Notes: generated by a model not told the origin, from the letters alone. Shown: positions 37,673-49,111, counted from the first letter of the stretch. The stretch is DNA of 64,000 nt from an uncultured Porphyromonadaceae bacterium (GCA_963634825.1 CAVHCP010000001.1:24661-88660); one strand, 5' to 3'. Numbers and translations: made by a program.

Positions 37673-39694
37673 CTAAAGTGTTGTAACCTTTTTGATATCA
37701 AACATATTATCAACCCTCTGTTGCAAGTCATCACTTATATTGTCTATATACCTTGCCGCATCCTTTTTTGCAACTTCGAGAATATCTATGTACTTTATTG
37801 CTTCCATAACGCATCTGTCCGGTATACCGTGCTGACGAGTACCAAAAATTTCGCCCGGTCCTCGTAGCTCTAAATCCTTATCGGAAATATAAAATCCGTC
37901 TGTGCTTTCCGTCATAATTTGCATTCTCTTTTTAGCTATCTCGCTGCCGGTTGAGCTCACCAAAAAACATCTCGACTCTTGCTCGCCCCTGCCGACTCTG
38001 CCTCTAAGCTGGTGGAGCTGTGAAAGCCCAAAGCGCTCGGCATTTTCTATTACTATGGTAGTCGCATTCGGAACATCTATACCTACCTCAATGACTGATG
38101 TGGCTATGAGAAGCGAAATTTCATTTTTCGCAAAGCTTTGCATTATTTCATCCTTTTCCTGCTGCTTCATAGCGCCATGCACGACAGCCATTTTTATCTC
38201 GCCACTTTTTATTTCCTCTTTATATATTGACGAAAGCTCTTCATATATTTGCTCTGTCGATTTGACTTCGCTAAGTGCCTCGCTTTCCTCGATAAGCGGT
38301 GCTACGACATATGCCTGCCTGCCTTTTTTTATTTCATCGGCGATCTTTTTATACATGCAAAGTCTCTGTTTTTCGGAGATTGCAAAGGTTTTTATCGGCT
38401 TTCTGCCTGACGGCAATGTATCTATTATCGATATATCGAGATCTCCATATAATATCACGGCAAGCGTTCTTGGTATAGGTGTAGCCGTCATAACTAAAAT
38501 ATCCGGATTTTTACCTTTTTCTCCGAGATTTAGTCTCTGGTTTACACCAAATCTGTGCTGCTCATCAGTTATAACAATGCCTAAGTTTTTATACAAAACA
38601 TCTTTTTGGATAACGGCATGCGTGCCTATGATGATATCATATGTGCCATTCGCGATCTTTTGCAAAATCTCTGTTCGCTCCGATTTTTTTAGACCTCCTA
38701 TAAGCAAGCAGACTCTTATGCCAAGCCTTTCAAAATTTTGCTTTAGCGAGGCAAAATGCTGGCGTGCCAATATTTCTGTCGGCGCCATCATGACCGCCTG
38801 AAATCCGCTTTTAACCGCCTTATACATACAAGCTGCCGCTATAACGGTTTTGCCGGAGCCGACATCGCCCTGCACGAGTCTATTCATAGCCTTTGGCTCC
38901 TGCATATCATTTTCTGCTTCTGTTAAAACTTTTTTTTGCGAGGCCGTAAGCTCGAAAGGCAGTATGTTCAAAAAATCATCCGTTTTTGCCTGCATTGCGT
39001 TGCCTTTTTTGTCAGGCATTTTCATAGCCTGTATGCCAAGCTGCATTATAAATAGCTCGTCATAAATCTGTCTGTAGCACGCCGCTCTGTAGTGATGCTC
39101 ATCCATTGGAAAATGCAAGTTCGAAATAGCATAATGCAAGGAGCAAAGCTTATTTTTTTCTATCAGCTCGTTTGGAAGATATTCCTTGATTGTTTCCCCA
39201 GCAAGAAAGCCTCTTATGTTTTTTCTGAGTTCATTTTGCGAGATCCCTTTTGGAAGCTTATATATCGGAAGTATCTCTCTTTTTAAGTTTTCCTTATGGA
39301 TGAGGCTTGGATTTACCATATTTAATCTGCCATTAAAGGAAGTCACTTTACCGTAAAAATAGTAAAATTCGCCATTTTTTATATTGCCCGAAAGATAAAA
39401 CGCATTAAAAAAGACGATCTGTAGGCTCGCATTGCCTTCTTGTATCGTAAAGCGCAAAATGCCCTTTTTGTAGCCTCTTTTGTCGAATGTTACATTTTTT
39501 ACTAAGCCACCGGTTAATGCCTTTTCCCCTTCCTGCAAGTCATATATTGATTTTGGATTTCTGTAATCGACATATTCGAGCGGAAAATAATATAACAAAT
39601 CCGAGGCAGTATAAACCCCCATTTTGTGGTAAAGTTCCCTTTTTTTGGGACCGACGCCCTTTACATTTTCTATTGGCAAATCATTTAGGCTCAT
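37673..39694 (-). CDS. recG: ATP-dependent DNA helicase RecG
   Basis: Wedge domain plus helicase motifs: I GDVGSGKT, II DEQHRFG, VI QLRGRVGRG. Start placed at the ATG at 39694 (MSLNDLPIENVKGVGPKK); a TTG at 39712 is the alternative. Confidence 0.93.
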   Translation of the reverse strand: MSLNDLPIENVKGVGPKKRELYHKMGVYTASDLLYYFPLEYVDYRNPKSIYDLQEGEKALTGGLVKNVTFDKRGYKKGILRFTIQEGNASLQIVFFNAFYLSGNIKNGEFYYFYGKVTSFNGRLNMVNPSLIHKENLKREILPIYKLPKGISQNELRKNIRGFLAGETIKEYLPNELIEKNKLCSLHYAISNLHFPMDEHHYRAACYRQIYDELFIMQLGIQAMKMPDKKGNAMQAKTDDFLNILPFELTASQKKVLTEAENDMQEPKAMNRLVQGDVGSGKTVIAAACMYKAVKSGFQAVMMAPTEILARQHFASLKQNFERLGIRVCLLIGGLKKSERTEILQKIANGTYDIIIGTHAVIQKDVLYKNLGIVITDEQHRFGVNQRLNLGEKGKNPDILVMTATPIPRTLAVILYGDLDISIIDTLPSGRKPIKTFAISEKQRLCMYKKIADEIKKGRQAYVVAPLIEESEALSEVKSTEQIYEELSSIYKEEIKSGEIKMAVVHGAMKQQEKDEIMQSFAKNEISLLIATSVIEVGIDVPNATTIVIENAERFGLSQLHQLRGRVGRGEQESRCFLVSSTGSEIAKKRMQIMTESTDGFYISDKDLELRGPGEIFGTRQHGIPDRCVMEAIKYIDILEVAKKDAARYIDNISDDLQQRVDNMFDIKKVTTL

Positions 39695-40094
39695 ATACCC
39701 TCTCGACCTCAATATTTCTTCGTGCCAATCTCTTAGATAAAACTCCGCTTACTACAACCGTTATCTTTTTTGGCAATTTGCCTGTTGCAAGCTCTATCTC
39801 CTTAGCTATATCATCGATGATATACTCAGTGGAATGCTTTATGCTCATACCGAATTTAAGCACTATATAAAATTTGATGCTAAGCAAACCATTTTCGTCT
39901 ATTACCGTTTCAATATTTGTCGCAGGACTTCCTCCCATTGTCTTATACAGCCTCGAAACGCTCTTGCCCTTGCTATTTGTAATCAAAACTCTGCCATTGT
40001 ATTTTGCTATCTCCTCAATGATAATATTTGCAATGACGCTGTCTGAGACGGTGATATTGCCATATTCGTTTTTTTCCTCATAAATATTATTCAT
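39681..40094 (-). CDS. Asp23/Gls24 family envelope stress protein
   Basis: 137 aa. GNITVSDSVIANIIIEEI..VVVSGV pattern, in the usual position upstream of recG. Confidence 0.7.
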   Translation of the reverse strand: MNNIYEEKNEYGNITVSDSVIANIIIEEIAKYNGRVLITNSKGKSVSRLYKTMGGSPATNIETVIDENGLLSIKFYIVLKFGMSIKHSTEYIIDDIAKEIELATGKLPKKITVVVSGVLSKRLARRNIEVERVYEPK

Positions 40095-40121
40095 CCGGCA
40101 TACTCCTAAATTCTTTTAGGT

Positions 40122-40150
40122 AAAAAAATTCTGCACTATGTGCAGAATTT
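40122..40150 (-). terminator. intrinsic terminator after rpmB
   Basis: AATTCTGCAC-TAT-GTGCAGAATT, followed on the minus strand by a T7 run. Confidence 0.8.
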
Positions 40151-40161
40151 AAAATCATTTG

Positions 40162-40353
40162 TTAGTTGGCACGGTTAACTTTGTTTGATCTAATGCAACT
40201 TGTACAAACATTAGCTTTTCTAACTCTGCCATTTTCTTCAATTCTTACAGACTGGATATTTGCATTCCATTTTCTTTTTGTATGTCTGTTAGAATGAGAT
40301 ACATTATTTCCAGAAACCTGTCCTTTACCGCAAATCTCACATTTTCTTGACAT
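40162..40353 (-). CDS. rpmB: 50S ribosomal protein L28
   Basis: [34 protein letters not shown]. Start moved to the ATG at 40353, preceded by AAAAGGAGGTG. Confidence 0.95.
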   Translation of the reverse strand: MSRKCEICGKGQVSGNNVSHSNRHTKRKWNANIQSVRIEENGRVRKANVCTSCIRSNKVNRAN

Positions 40354-40423
40354 CCCGTGCACCTCCTTTTTTGTGCTATATTAAGCTATAAAGCATAATT
40401 TCAATCGAACAAGAAATATTTTA

Positions 40424-40933
40424 TCATAGCATATACTCATTTGCAAGCACTATTTTACCTGTTTTTAAACTCTCCTGCACATCGATGATCCTCTGATTTG
40501 AGCTTCCTCTGAATTTTAGCGACAAATCTTTTTTATCTTCTATAAACGGTCCGTCTACCAAAAGCCATATATTTTGCAAAAGACCTATCAACGCCTTATC
40601 ATCGCTTTTTAAAAGCTCTTCGAGAGTATAACCTGTATATGCAACTATATCAAGATCCCTTTTTATTATCTCTTGCGAAAGCTCATAAAATGCCTGTGGC
40701 TGTGCAAAAGGTTCTCCTCCGCTAAATGTCACGCCTCTAACTATCGGCGTCTCATCTATGGCAGTTAGGATTTTTTCGATCGCAACATCCTTGCCACCGT
40801 CAAAATCCCATGTCTGCATATTGTGACAGCCCTTGCACTTGTGCGGACAGCCTTGTGAAAATATTGTAAATCGTATGCCTGGTCCATCCGTTATTGATTC
40901 CCTGACTACGCCTGCCATTCTCAAAAATGTCAC
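40424..40933 (-). CDS. nrdG: anaerobic ribonucleoside-triphosphate reductase activating protein (radical SAM)
   Basis: ESITDGPGIRFTIFSQGCPHKCKGCHN (Cx3Cx2C). The start is either the GTG at 40933 (SD AAAGGA 8 nt upstream, overlapping the nrdD stop) or the ATG at 40918. Confidence 0.9.
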   Translation of the reverse strand: MTFLRMAGVVRESITDGPGIRFTIFSQGCPHKCKGCHNMQTWDFDGGKDVAIEKILTAIDETPIVRGVTFSGGEPFAQPQAFYELSQEIIKRDLDIVAYTGYTLEELLKSDDKALIGLLQNIWLLVDGPFIEDKKDLSLKFRGSSNQRIIDVQESLKTGKIVLANEYML

Positions 40934-43185
40934 TATAAAATCCTTTCTATTCGCTCGTGTCCGCTATCGTCTTTTTCTGTTCGACCGCAACAAGGACACT
41001 GGTTGTCAATAATACCTGTATATCCGCATACTGGATCCCTGTCGACAGGATGATTTACCGAACCGTAGCCTATACCACTTTCTTTCATGCATCTTACTAT
41101 CTGCTCGATCGACTCCGGATTTTTCGCAGGGTCGCCGTCAAGCTCAACATATGAGATGTGACCTGCATTTGTAAGTGCGTGATATGGAGCCTCAAGCTTG
41201 ATTTTGTCATATGCTCCTATCTGATAATAAACAGGTATATGGAATGAATTAGTATAATACTCTCTGTCTGTAATGCCTTCGATATTGCCATATCTCTTCC
41301 TATCAATCTTTACAAACCTGCCCGAAAGCCCCTCCGCCGGAGTTGCAAGAAGCGAATAATTTAGACCTGTCTTTTTAGACTCATCGTCTAGTTTCTTTCT
41401 CATAAAGCCTATTATCTCAAGTCCAAGATTTTGTGCCTCTTTGCTTTCGCCATGATGCTTGCCTATCAAAGCCTTTAGCGTCTCCGCAAGCCCGATAAAT
41501 CCAACGGAAAGTGTGCCGTGCTTTAGTACCTCGCCCACCTCATCGTCGAGCTTTAGCTTGTCCGAATCAAGCCAAATACCCTGACCCATAAGGAATGGAT
41601 AATTTCTGACTTTCTTTTTTGATTGTATCTTTAGCCTTGCATTTAGCTGGTCTATGCAAAGATTTAGCTTTCGATCTAAATCCTCGAAAAATATATCGAG
41701 GTTACCATGAGCTTTTATAGCTATCCTTGGCAGGTTGATCGATGTAAAGCTAAGATTGCCCCTACCACCGACAATCTCCCTTGAAGGATCATAAGTGTTA
41801 CCTATAACTCTTGTCCTGCAACCCATATATGCTATCTCAGTATCAGGGTCGCCCTCTTTATAATATTGCAGATTGTAAGGTGCGTCTATGAACGAGAAGT
41901 TAGGGAAAAGCCTCTTTGCAGTTACCTTGCATGCAAGCTTAAACAAATCATAATTTGGATCCCCTTCGTTATAGTTGACGCCTTCCTTTATCTTAAATAT
42001 ATGGATAGGGAATATCGGAGTTTCGCCATTTCCAAGACCTGCCTCAGTCGCAAGCAGTAGCTGCTCCATAACAAGCCTGCCCTCCATACTTGTGTCTGTG
42101 CCATAATTTATTGATGAAAATGGTATCTGAGCTCCGGCTCTGCTGTGCATAGTATTTAGATTGTGGACAAATGCCTCCATCGCCTGATAAGTCGCCCTTA
42201 CTATTTCCTTGCTCGCATAAGCAAAAGCTCTTTGTTGATAATCCTTTAGTGTTGTTTCATCTAAGTCCTTGAATTCCTTTTTCAAAAAGTCCAGCTCGAC
42301 AGCCTGATAATCGTTGTCATTTGCCATTACAGGGAATAAATCGTCTGTCTCAACGAGCTTCTTGCCAAACTCTTTTATCTTATCGACATTGTCATTATCG
42401 CCTCTCTTTATATCTAAAATTTTGCCGAGATTTTGCCAATATAGCTTTCTAAATGTCTTTTTAACACCGTCAGCCATTGCATAATCAAAATATGGTACCG
42501 ACTGACCGCCGTGCTGATCATTTTGGTTCGACTGTATCGCAATACAAGCAAGCGCCGAATACGAAGCAATATCGCTTGGCTCCCTCAAATAACCGTGACC
42601 TGTACTAAAGCCTCCTTTAAATAGCTTTCTGAGGTCAATCTGACAGCATGTAGTTGTCAATGTATAAAAATCAAGATCGTGTATATGAATATCGCCTTCG
42701 ATATGCGCCTTGCTATGCTCAGGCTTTAGAACAAACATTTCATAAAATTGCTTTGAGCCCTCTGAGCCATACTTTAGCATAGTGCCCATAGCTGTATCGC
42801 CGTCGATATTTGCATTTTCTCTTTTTATATCATTTTCTGCGGCGTCTTGGAATGTCAAATCCTCATATATCTTCATGAGCTTCATATTCATATCACGCAC
42901 ACGTGTACGCTCAGCTCTATACAGGATATATTCCTTTGCTGTCCTTGCATGTCCGTTTTCGATAAGTACCTTCTCGACCGCATCCTGTATCTCTTCTACT
43001 GCAGGTACGGGATTGTGACATGTATCAACAAGATAAACCTCTACCTCGTCTGCAAGCTTTTTTGCCATCTCCTTGTCGTTACCGCCAAGCACCTGCGCCG
43101 CCTTAAATATCGCTTCTGATATCTTTTGCTTGTCAAAGTCTACTTTCCTGCCGTCTCTTTTAATTATTGTCTTTATCTTGCTCAT
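40933..43185 (-). CDS. nrdD: anaerobic ribonucleoside-triphosphate reductase NrdD; the ORF ends just before the expected glycyl-radical motif (possible 3' truncation)
   Basis: N-terminal ATP-cone, thiyl-Cys region YMGCRTRVIGN, Zn-ribbon region PVCGYTGIIDNQCPCCG. It then reads RTEKDDSGHERIERIL-stop, and no RxxGY follows. Confidence 0.85.
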   Translation of the reverse strand: MSKIKTIIKRDGRKVDFDKQKISEAIFKAAQVLGGNDKEMAKKLADEVEVYLVDTCHNPVPAVEEIQDAVEKVLIENGHARTAKEYILYRAERTRVRDMNMKLMKIYEDLTFQDAAENDIKRENANIDGDTAMGTMLKYGSEGSKQFYEMFVLKPEHSKAHIEGDIHIHDLDFYTLTTTCCQIDLRKLFKGGFSTGHGYLREPSDIASYSALACIAIQSNQNDQHGGQSVPYFDYAMADGVKKTFRKLYWQNLGKILDIKRGDNDNVDKIKEFGKKLVETDDLFPVMANDNDYQAVELDFLKKEFKDLDETTLKDYQQRAFAYASKEIVRATYQAMEAFVHNLNTMHSRAGAQIPFSSINYGTDTSMEGRLVMEQLLLATEAGLGNGETPIFPIHIFKIKEGVNYNEGDPNYDLFKLACKVTAKRLFPNFSFIDAPYNLQYYKEGDPDTEIAYMGCRTRVIGNTYDPSREIVGGRGNLSFTSINLPRIAIKAHGNLDIFFEDLDRKLNLCIDQLNARLKIQSKKKVRNYPFLMGQGIWLDSDKLKLDDEVGEVLKHGTLSVGFIGLAETLKALIGKHHGESKEAQNLGLEIIGFMRKKLDDESKKTGLNYSLLATPAEGLSGRFVKIDRKRYGNIEGITDREYYTNSFHIPVYYQIGAYDKIKLEAPYHALTNAGHISYVELDGDPAKNPESIEQIVRCMKESGIGYGSVNHPVDRDPVCGYTGIIDNQCPCCGRTEKDDSGHERIERIL

Positions 43186-43216
43186 ATCTACTCCTATAAT
43201 CTCTAATTAGCCTCCG

Positions 43217-43232
43217 CCACTATATGTAGTGG
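43217..43232. promoter_or_regulatory. NrdR box (promoter-proximal, downstream of the -10)
   Basis: CCACTATATGTAGTGG is a 16-bp near-perfect palindrome fitting the NrdR-box consensus acaCwAtATaTwGtgt. Confidence 0.55.
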
Positions 43233-43253
43233 TTACTATTTCGTACATTACTA

Positions 43254-43281
43254 ATTATAGACTATATGTCGTTAAAGTCAA
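43254..43281 (-). promoter_or_regulatory. putative nrdDG promoter
   Basis: Minus strand reads TTGACT-16 nt-TATAAT, with the second NrdR-like box in the spacer. Confidence 0.5.
43258..43273. promoter_or_regulatory. second NrdR-like box
   Basis: TAGACTATATGTCGTT (core GACTATATGTC). Its centre is 41 bp, about 4 helical turns, from the first box. Confidence 0.45.
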
Positions 43282-43350
43282 TACTGTAAATTTATACTTT
43301 TTTACCAATATCAGGTTTTTGTGGTATGTTTTATTGGCGAAATAATAAAC

Positions 43351-43390
43351 AAAAAAACACCCCTTTCACTGGTTGTCCAGTAAAAGGGGT
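43351..43390 (-). terminator. intrinsic terminator after the lipoprotein gene
   Basis: Minus strand reads ACCCCTTTTACTGG-ACAA-CCAGTGAAAGGGGT followed by GTTTTTTT. Confidence 0.8.
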
Positions 43391-43445
43391 ACATATCAGC
43401 GAGATACATTTTTTATTTGTCTGCTCATTTAATCAATTTATCGGT

Positions 43446-44849
43446 TTATTTGTCATCATTTGACAAGTAGCTTATAAATGCCAATACCAAATCAACTCCG
43501 TCCTCCGCATTGGTACCAATCCCAATCATCGGAGTATCGCCTGTGATTTTTGCCACATCTACGCAAGGCTCATCCGTAAATGCAGTTGTATAATTTGCTT
43601 TGATGTCATTTTTCTCAAGTGCGCTTTTAAATGCTTCATCGGTTACGATATTATTTTCACTTTGGGACCAAATAGACTTCATATCTTTTTGTTTTAGTTT
43701 AAAATCAGCCAAATCCGCTATTGCGGCAAATGTAGTATCCATCTCCTTTTTTGTTTTGTCGTCCGCATATCTGCCGACCGATTTCACTGCTATGCCATTT
43801 TTTGTGCTGACAGAATATATCGTAGATATACCGAGCACATCTCCCTCATAGTCAGGCTTTGTAGTTGCAAATATACCGTCTGTTAAAGTTTGCAAAAGAG
43901 CCAATATGCTTGATGTATCATCATAAGAATAAGCATATCTTGGCATATCTGCTTCTGTAATTTCTAAAGTAGCGTCAATATTTTCTTCGCCTTTATTCTT
44001 TTCGAAGCTCTCCTTTTCTTTTTCTATCGCTTTTGTAAAATCAGTCTTTGCCCCATTCTCAATAACAATAGTTGCAGTTGCCTCATTTGGATAGCTATAA
44101 AGCGAGCCTGTGCTTTCAAATGAAGCTATTTCTACATTTATACTGTCACTTTTTATGTCCGACAAAAAATCCCTTATGTAAACGATAGGATTTATATATT
44201 CCTCGCTTCTGTCGCCACTATCCTTTGACTTTAGACCGGATATCTTTATTTTATATGCTAGATTGCCTTTTACACTTTGCTTTGTGAGATTATCTGATAT
44301 GGTATAACTTTTACTTCCGGCTACAGAATCAAACAGCGTTATATCATCGGTATGCGTAAGATTATATATTTTGTCAGCCTTTAAATATTTGGAGCTCAGT
44401 TTAGATAATCCTATATCATCACTCTGCGAATATGGCATCATAACAAGACTTATATCACCGTGCTCCTCTAGATTATTTATCATGGCAAGCGCATTGGCTA
44501 TAGTTTCACACGAGCCTTCATCTGCTTCATTTTTAAATTCAAGCACAAATAATTTCGACTCCGTATCGGTGCTGTTGTCAGTCTTATCTGCCGTTATTAT
44601 TATATTTTTGCCTGCTGCTTTTTTAACATCAAAACCCTGCTCATCACAATAATCATATAACAAATCCGCAAAGTCACCGGCACTGTCCGCTGTGCTCATT
44701 TTTTCCTTCAAGGCATCGCTATATGTCTTAATATCATTTTCTACATTTTTGCTCAGTTTTTTTTCATTAGTGCCACAGCTTGTAAAAATGAATGCCGCAC
44801 TTGTTACAACTAAAGCTATTACTAAAACCCACGCTACCGCTTTTTTCAT
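43446..44849 (-). CDS. lipoprotein with PepD (M20C aminoacyl-histidine dipeptidase)-like fold signature but substituted metal-ligand positions
   Basis: Signal peptide with lipobox FTSC (Cys25). Collinear with E. coli PepD as I recall it, for example KISGLKSKDSGDRSEEYINPIVYIRDFL vs [29 protein letters not shown]. HxD, the Asp, the EE and the His positions read EFKNE, GSCE, SQSDD and GTNAEDG. Confidence 0.5.
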   Translation of the reverse strand: MKKAVAWVLVIALVVTSAAFIFTSCGTNEKKLSKNVENDIKTYSDALKEKMSTADSAGDFADLLYDYCDEQGFDVKKAAGKNIIITADKTDNSTDTESKLFVLEFKNEADEGSCETIANALAMINNLEEHGDISLVMMPYSQSDDIGLSKLSSKYLKADKIYNLTHTDDITLFDSVAGSKSYTISDNLTKQSVKGNLAYKIKISGLKSKDSGDRSEEYINPIVYIRDFLSDIKSDSINVEIASFESTGSLYSYPNEATATIVIENGAKTDFTKAIEKEKESFEKNKGEENIDATLEITEADMPRYAYSYDDTSSILALLQTLTDGIFATTKPDYEGDVLGISTIYSVSTKNGIAVKSVGRYADDKTKKEMDTTFAAIADLADFKLKQKDMKSIWSQSENNIVTDEAFKSALEKNDIKANYTTAFTDEPCVDVAKITGDTPMIGIGTNAEDGVDLVLAFISYLSNDDK

Positions 44850-44850
44850 T

Positions 44851-45699
44851 TTAGATTTCCTTTTTATCTTCTGTAACTTCCTCTTCTGCTATAAAATCGA
44901 TCGCTGTCTCCGATACAAGCATCTCTTCCTTCTTTTTGAACCATTTTCTCTTTTTACCTTTGGTCTTGTCTTTATTATTTCTGTCCTCGTCGCTATCCTT
45001 AGCTCTCAACGGTCTGTCGCTGATAAGTCCCCTAAATACGAGAAAGGCCAGTGCCGCGCCTAAGAAAGGTATCAAAACAAGTATAGGCGCTTGCTTTATT
45101 GTATCTCCTAAAACAAATACTGCCGGTGCAAGTATTCTTGCAGGATTTACGCCTCCTGATGTGTATGGAATACAAAACGCATATACGGCTGTCAATGCTA
45201 TACCTATCAAAAGACCTGCAGATTTTTTAGTATTTTCATTTTCCTTTACTGCAAGATATATCAAAACGAATGCAAATGAAGCTATAAGCTCTATTACAGC
45301 TACCGAAACGGTACCAAGATAGAGCGGACTTGCATCTCCGTATCCTACCTGTCCAAGCGTTGATTTTTGCCCTGTCACAAGCCAAATTGTAGCTATAGCT
45401 GCTATTGCCCCTACAAATTGCATTATCATATAGATGATAAAATCCTTTGCTTTGTTGAAGCCACCGTCTAAAAATACAGCAAGCGAAACAGCAGGATTAA
45501 AATGACTGCCGGATGTTTTTTCAAATGTATAATACATAACTGTCATAGTCGCTCCAAAGGCTACTGCCACTGCCAGCGTTGTAAATCCAAGCGGCAACAT
45601 ACTCATAGCTCCCACAAGGAAATTCATCGCTACCATTGCTCCACATCCAAATAGCACTAAGAAAAATGTTCCTAAAAATTCCGAAATATACGATTTCAT
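44851..45699 (-). CDS. MIP-family channel (aquaporin/glycerol facilitator) with a roughly 60-aa charged C-terminal tail
   Basis: Two NPA motifs (HFNPAVSLA, GVNPARILA) and six TM segments. Tail: RAKDSDEDRNNKDKTKGKKRKWFKKKEEMLVSETAIDFIAEEEVTEDKKEI. Confidence 0.85.
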   Translation of the reverse strand: MKSYISEFLGTFFLVLFGCGAMVAMNFLVGAMSMLPLGFTTLAVAVAFGATMTVMYYTFEKTSGSHFNPAVSLAVFLDGGFNKAKDFIIYMIMQFVGAIAAIATIWLVTGQKSTLGQVGYGDASPLYLGTVSVAVIELIASFAFVLIYLAVKENENTKKSAGLLIGIALTAVYAFCIPYTSGGVNPARILAPAVFVLGDTIKQAPILVLIPFLGAALAFLVFRGLISDRPLRAKDSDEDRNNKDKTKGKKRKWFKKKEEMLVSETAIDFIAEEEVTEDKKEI

Positions 45700-45725
45700 C
45701 TTTTCCTCCTTTATAAATCACATTA

Positions 45726-48003
<2,278 letters not shown>

Positions 48004-48067
48004 TTACTTAAAAACAGCTTAAAAATAACTTAAAAAATTAAAATTGAAATCCATCAAAAAATAAGCT

Positions 48068-49111
48068 CTAATATATCAACATCGCATCGCCATAGCTAAA
48101 AAATCTATAGTCGTTTGCCTTTGCCTCCTCATAAGCCTCAAGTATATGTTCTCTGTCATATAATGCTGATACGAGCATCAGAAGCGTGGATTTTGGCAAA
48201 TGGAAATTTGTTATCAGCCTATCTATTATCTGAAACTCATATCCGGGATATATAAATATCCCTGTACTCGCATGTCCTGCTTTTACCTTGTAAATACCGT
48301 CTTTTTCGTCATAATATGCGGCACTTTCTACAGTCCTTGTAGATGTCGTACCAACTGATACTACCTTGCCACCATTTGCCTTTGTCTTATTTATCTGCTC
48401 TGCAGCCTCATCGCTTATATAATATTCCTCAAAGTGCATTTTATGTTCCTCTACATCATCGCATTTTACAGGTCTAAATGTACCTATGCCGACATGAAGG
48501 GTTACATAAGTAAGTTTTATGCCTTTCTTTTCTATCTTGTCGAGCAGTTCTTTCGTAAAGTGCAGTCCTGCCGTAGGAGCCGCAACGGAGCCCTCAGTCT
48601 TGCAATATACTGTCTGATATCTGTCTCTGTCACTCTTTGTTTCTTGTCTTTCTATATATGGCGGAAGTGGCATCCTGCCGAGCTCTTCGAGTCTCTCCAT
48701 AAATATGCCATTATATTTAAACTCCACTATGCGCGTACCGTCTTTGCCATAATCTACGATTTCTGCAAAAAAATCATCGGCGAATTTCACACGGTCCCCC
48801 TTTTTTAATCGCCTTCCGGGTCTGACCATGCTTTCCCATCTGTCGCCGTCCGTTCTTTTAATCAGCAAAAATTCCACATTTACACCTGTGCTTTCCTTGA
48901 CTCCAAAAAGTCTGGCAGGTATAACTTTGGAATTGTTTAAAACAAGACAATCGCCCTCGTCTAAATACTCGATGACATCAGCAAAATGTCTGTGCGATAT
49001 ACTATTTTCTTTTCTATTTAAAACCATAAGCTTTGATGAATCTCTTTTTGCTGCCGGTGTTTGTGCTATAAAATGCTCATCAAGCTCATAATTAAAGTCT
49101 TCTACTTTCAT
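48068..49111 (-). CDS. queA: S-adenosylmethionine:tRNA ribosyltransferase-isomerase
   Basis: FNYELDEHFIAQTPAAKRDSSKLMV, VAAPTAGLHFT and SVGTTSTRTVE. Confidence 0.95.
   Translation of the reverse strand: MKVEDFNYELDEHFIAQTPAAKRDSSKLMVLNRKENSISHRHFADVIEYLDEGDCLVLNNSKVIPARLFGVKESTGVNVEFLLIKRTDGDRWESMVRPGRRLKKGDRVKFADDFFAEIVDYGKDGTRIVEFKYNGIFMERLEELGRMPLPPYIERQETKSDRDRYQTVYCKTEGSVAAPTAGLHFTKELLDKIEKKGIKLTYVTLHVGIGTFRPVKCDDVEEHKMHFEEYYISDEAAEQINKTKANGGKVVSVGTTSTRTVESAAYYDEKDGIYKVKAGHASTGIFIYPGYEFQIIDRLITNFHLPKSTLLMLVSALYDREHILEAYEEAKANDYRFFSYGDAMLIY

Noticed and set aside
37902-38801. 299-aa plus-strand ORF, remarkably long for an AT-rich genome
   Set aside because: It lies entirely antisense to recG, whose helicase motifs are unambiguous. 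Its product is the Ser/Leu/Phe/Ile/Cys-rich low-complexity sequence typical of codon-aligned shadow ORFs. No SD or promoter is present.
40880-40945. Continuation of nrdD in the +1 frame (KGFYSDIFENGRRSQ..., vaguely like GY...FN.GK)
   Set aside because: That frame overlaps the conserved radical-SAM N-terminus of nrdG (ESITDGPGIRF..CPHKCKGC) for about 50 codons. It has GFY rather than GY and lacks the C-terminal RVKH-type ending, so it is most likely coincidence.
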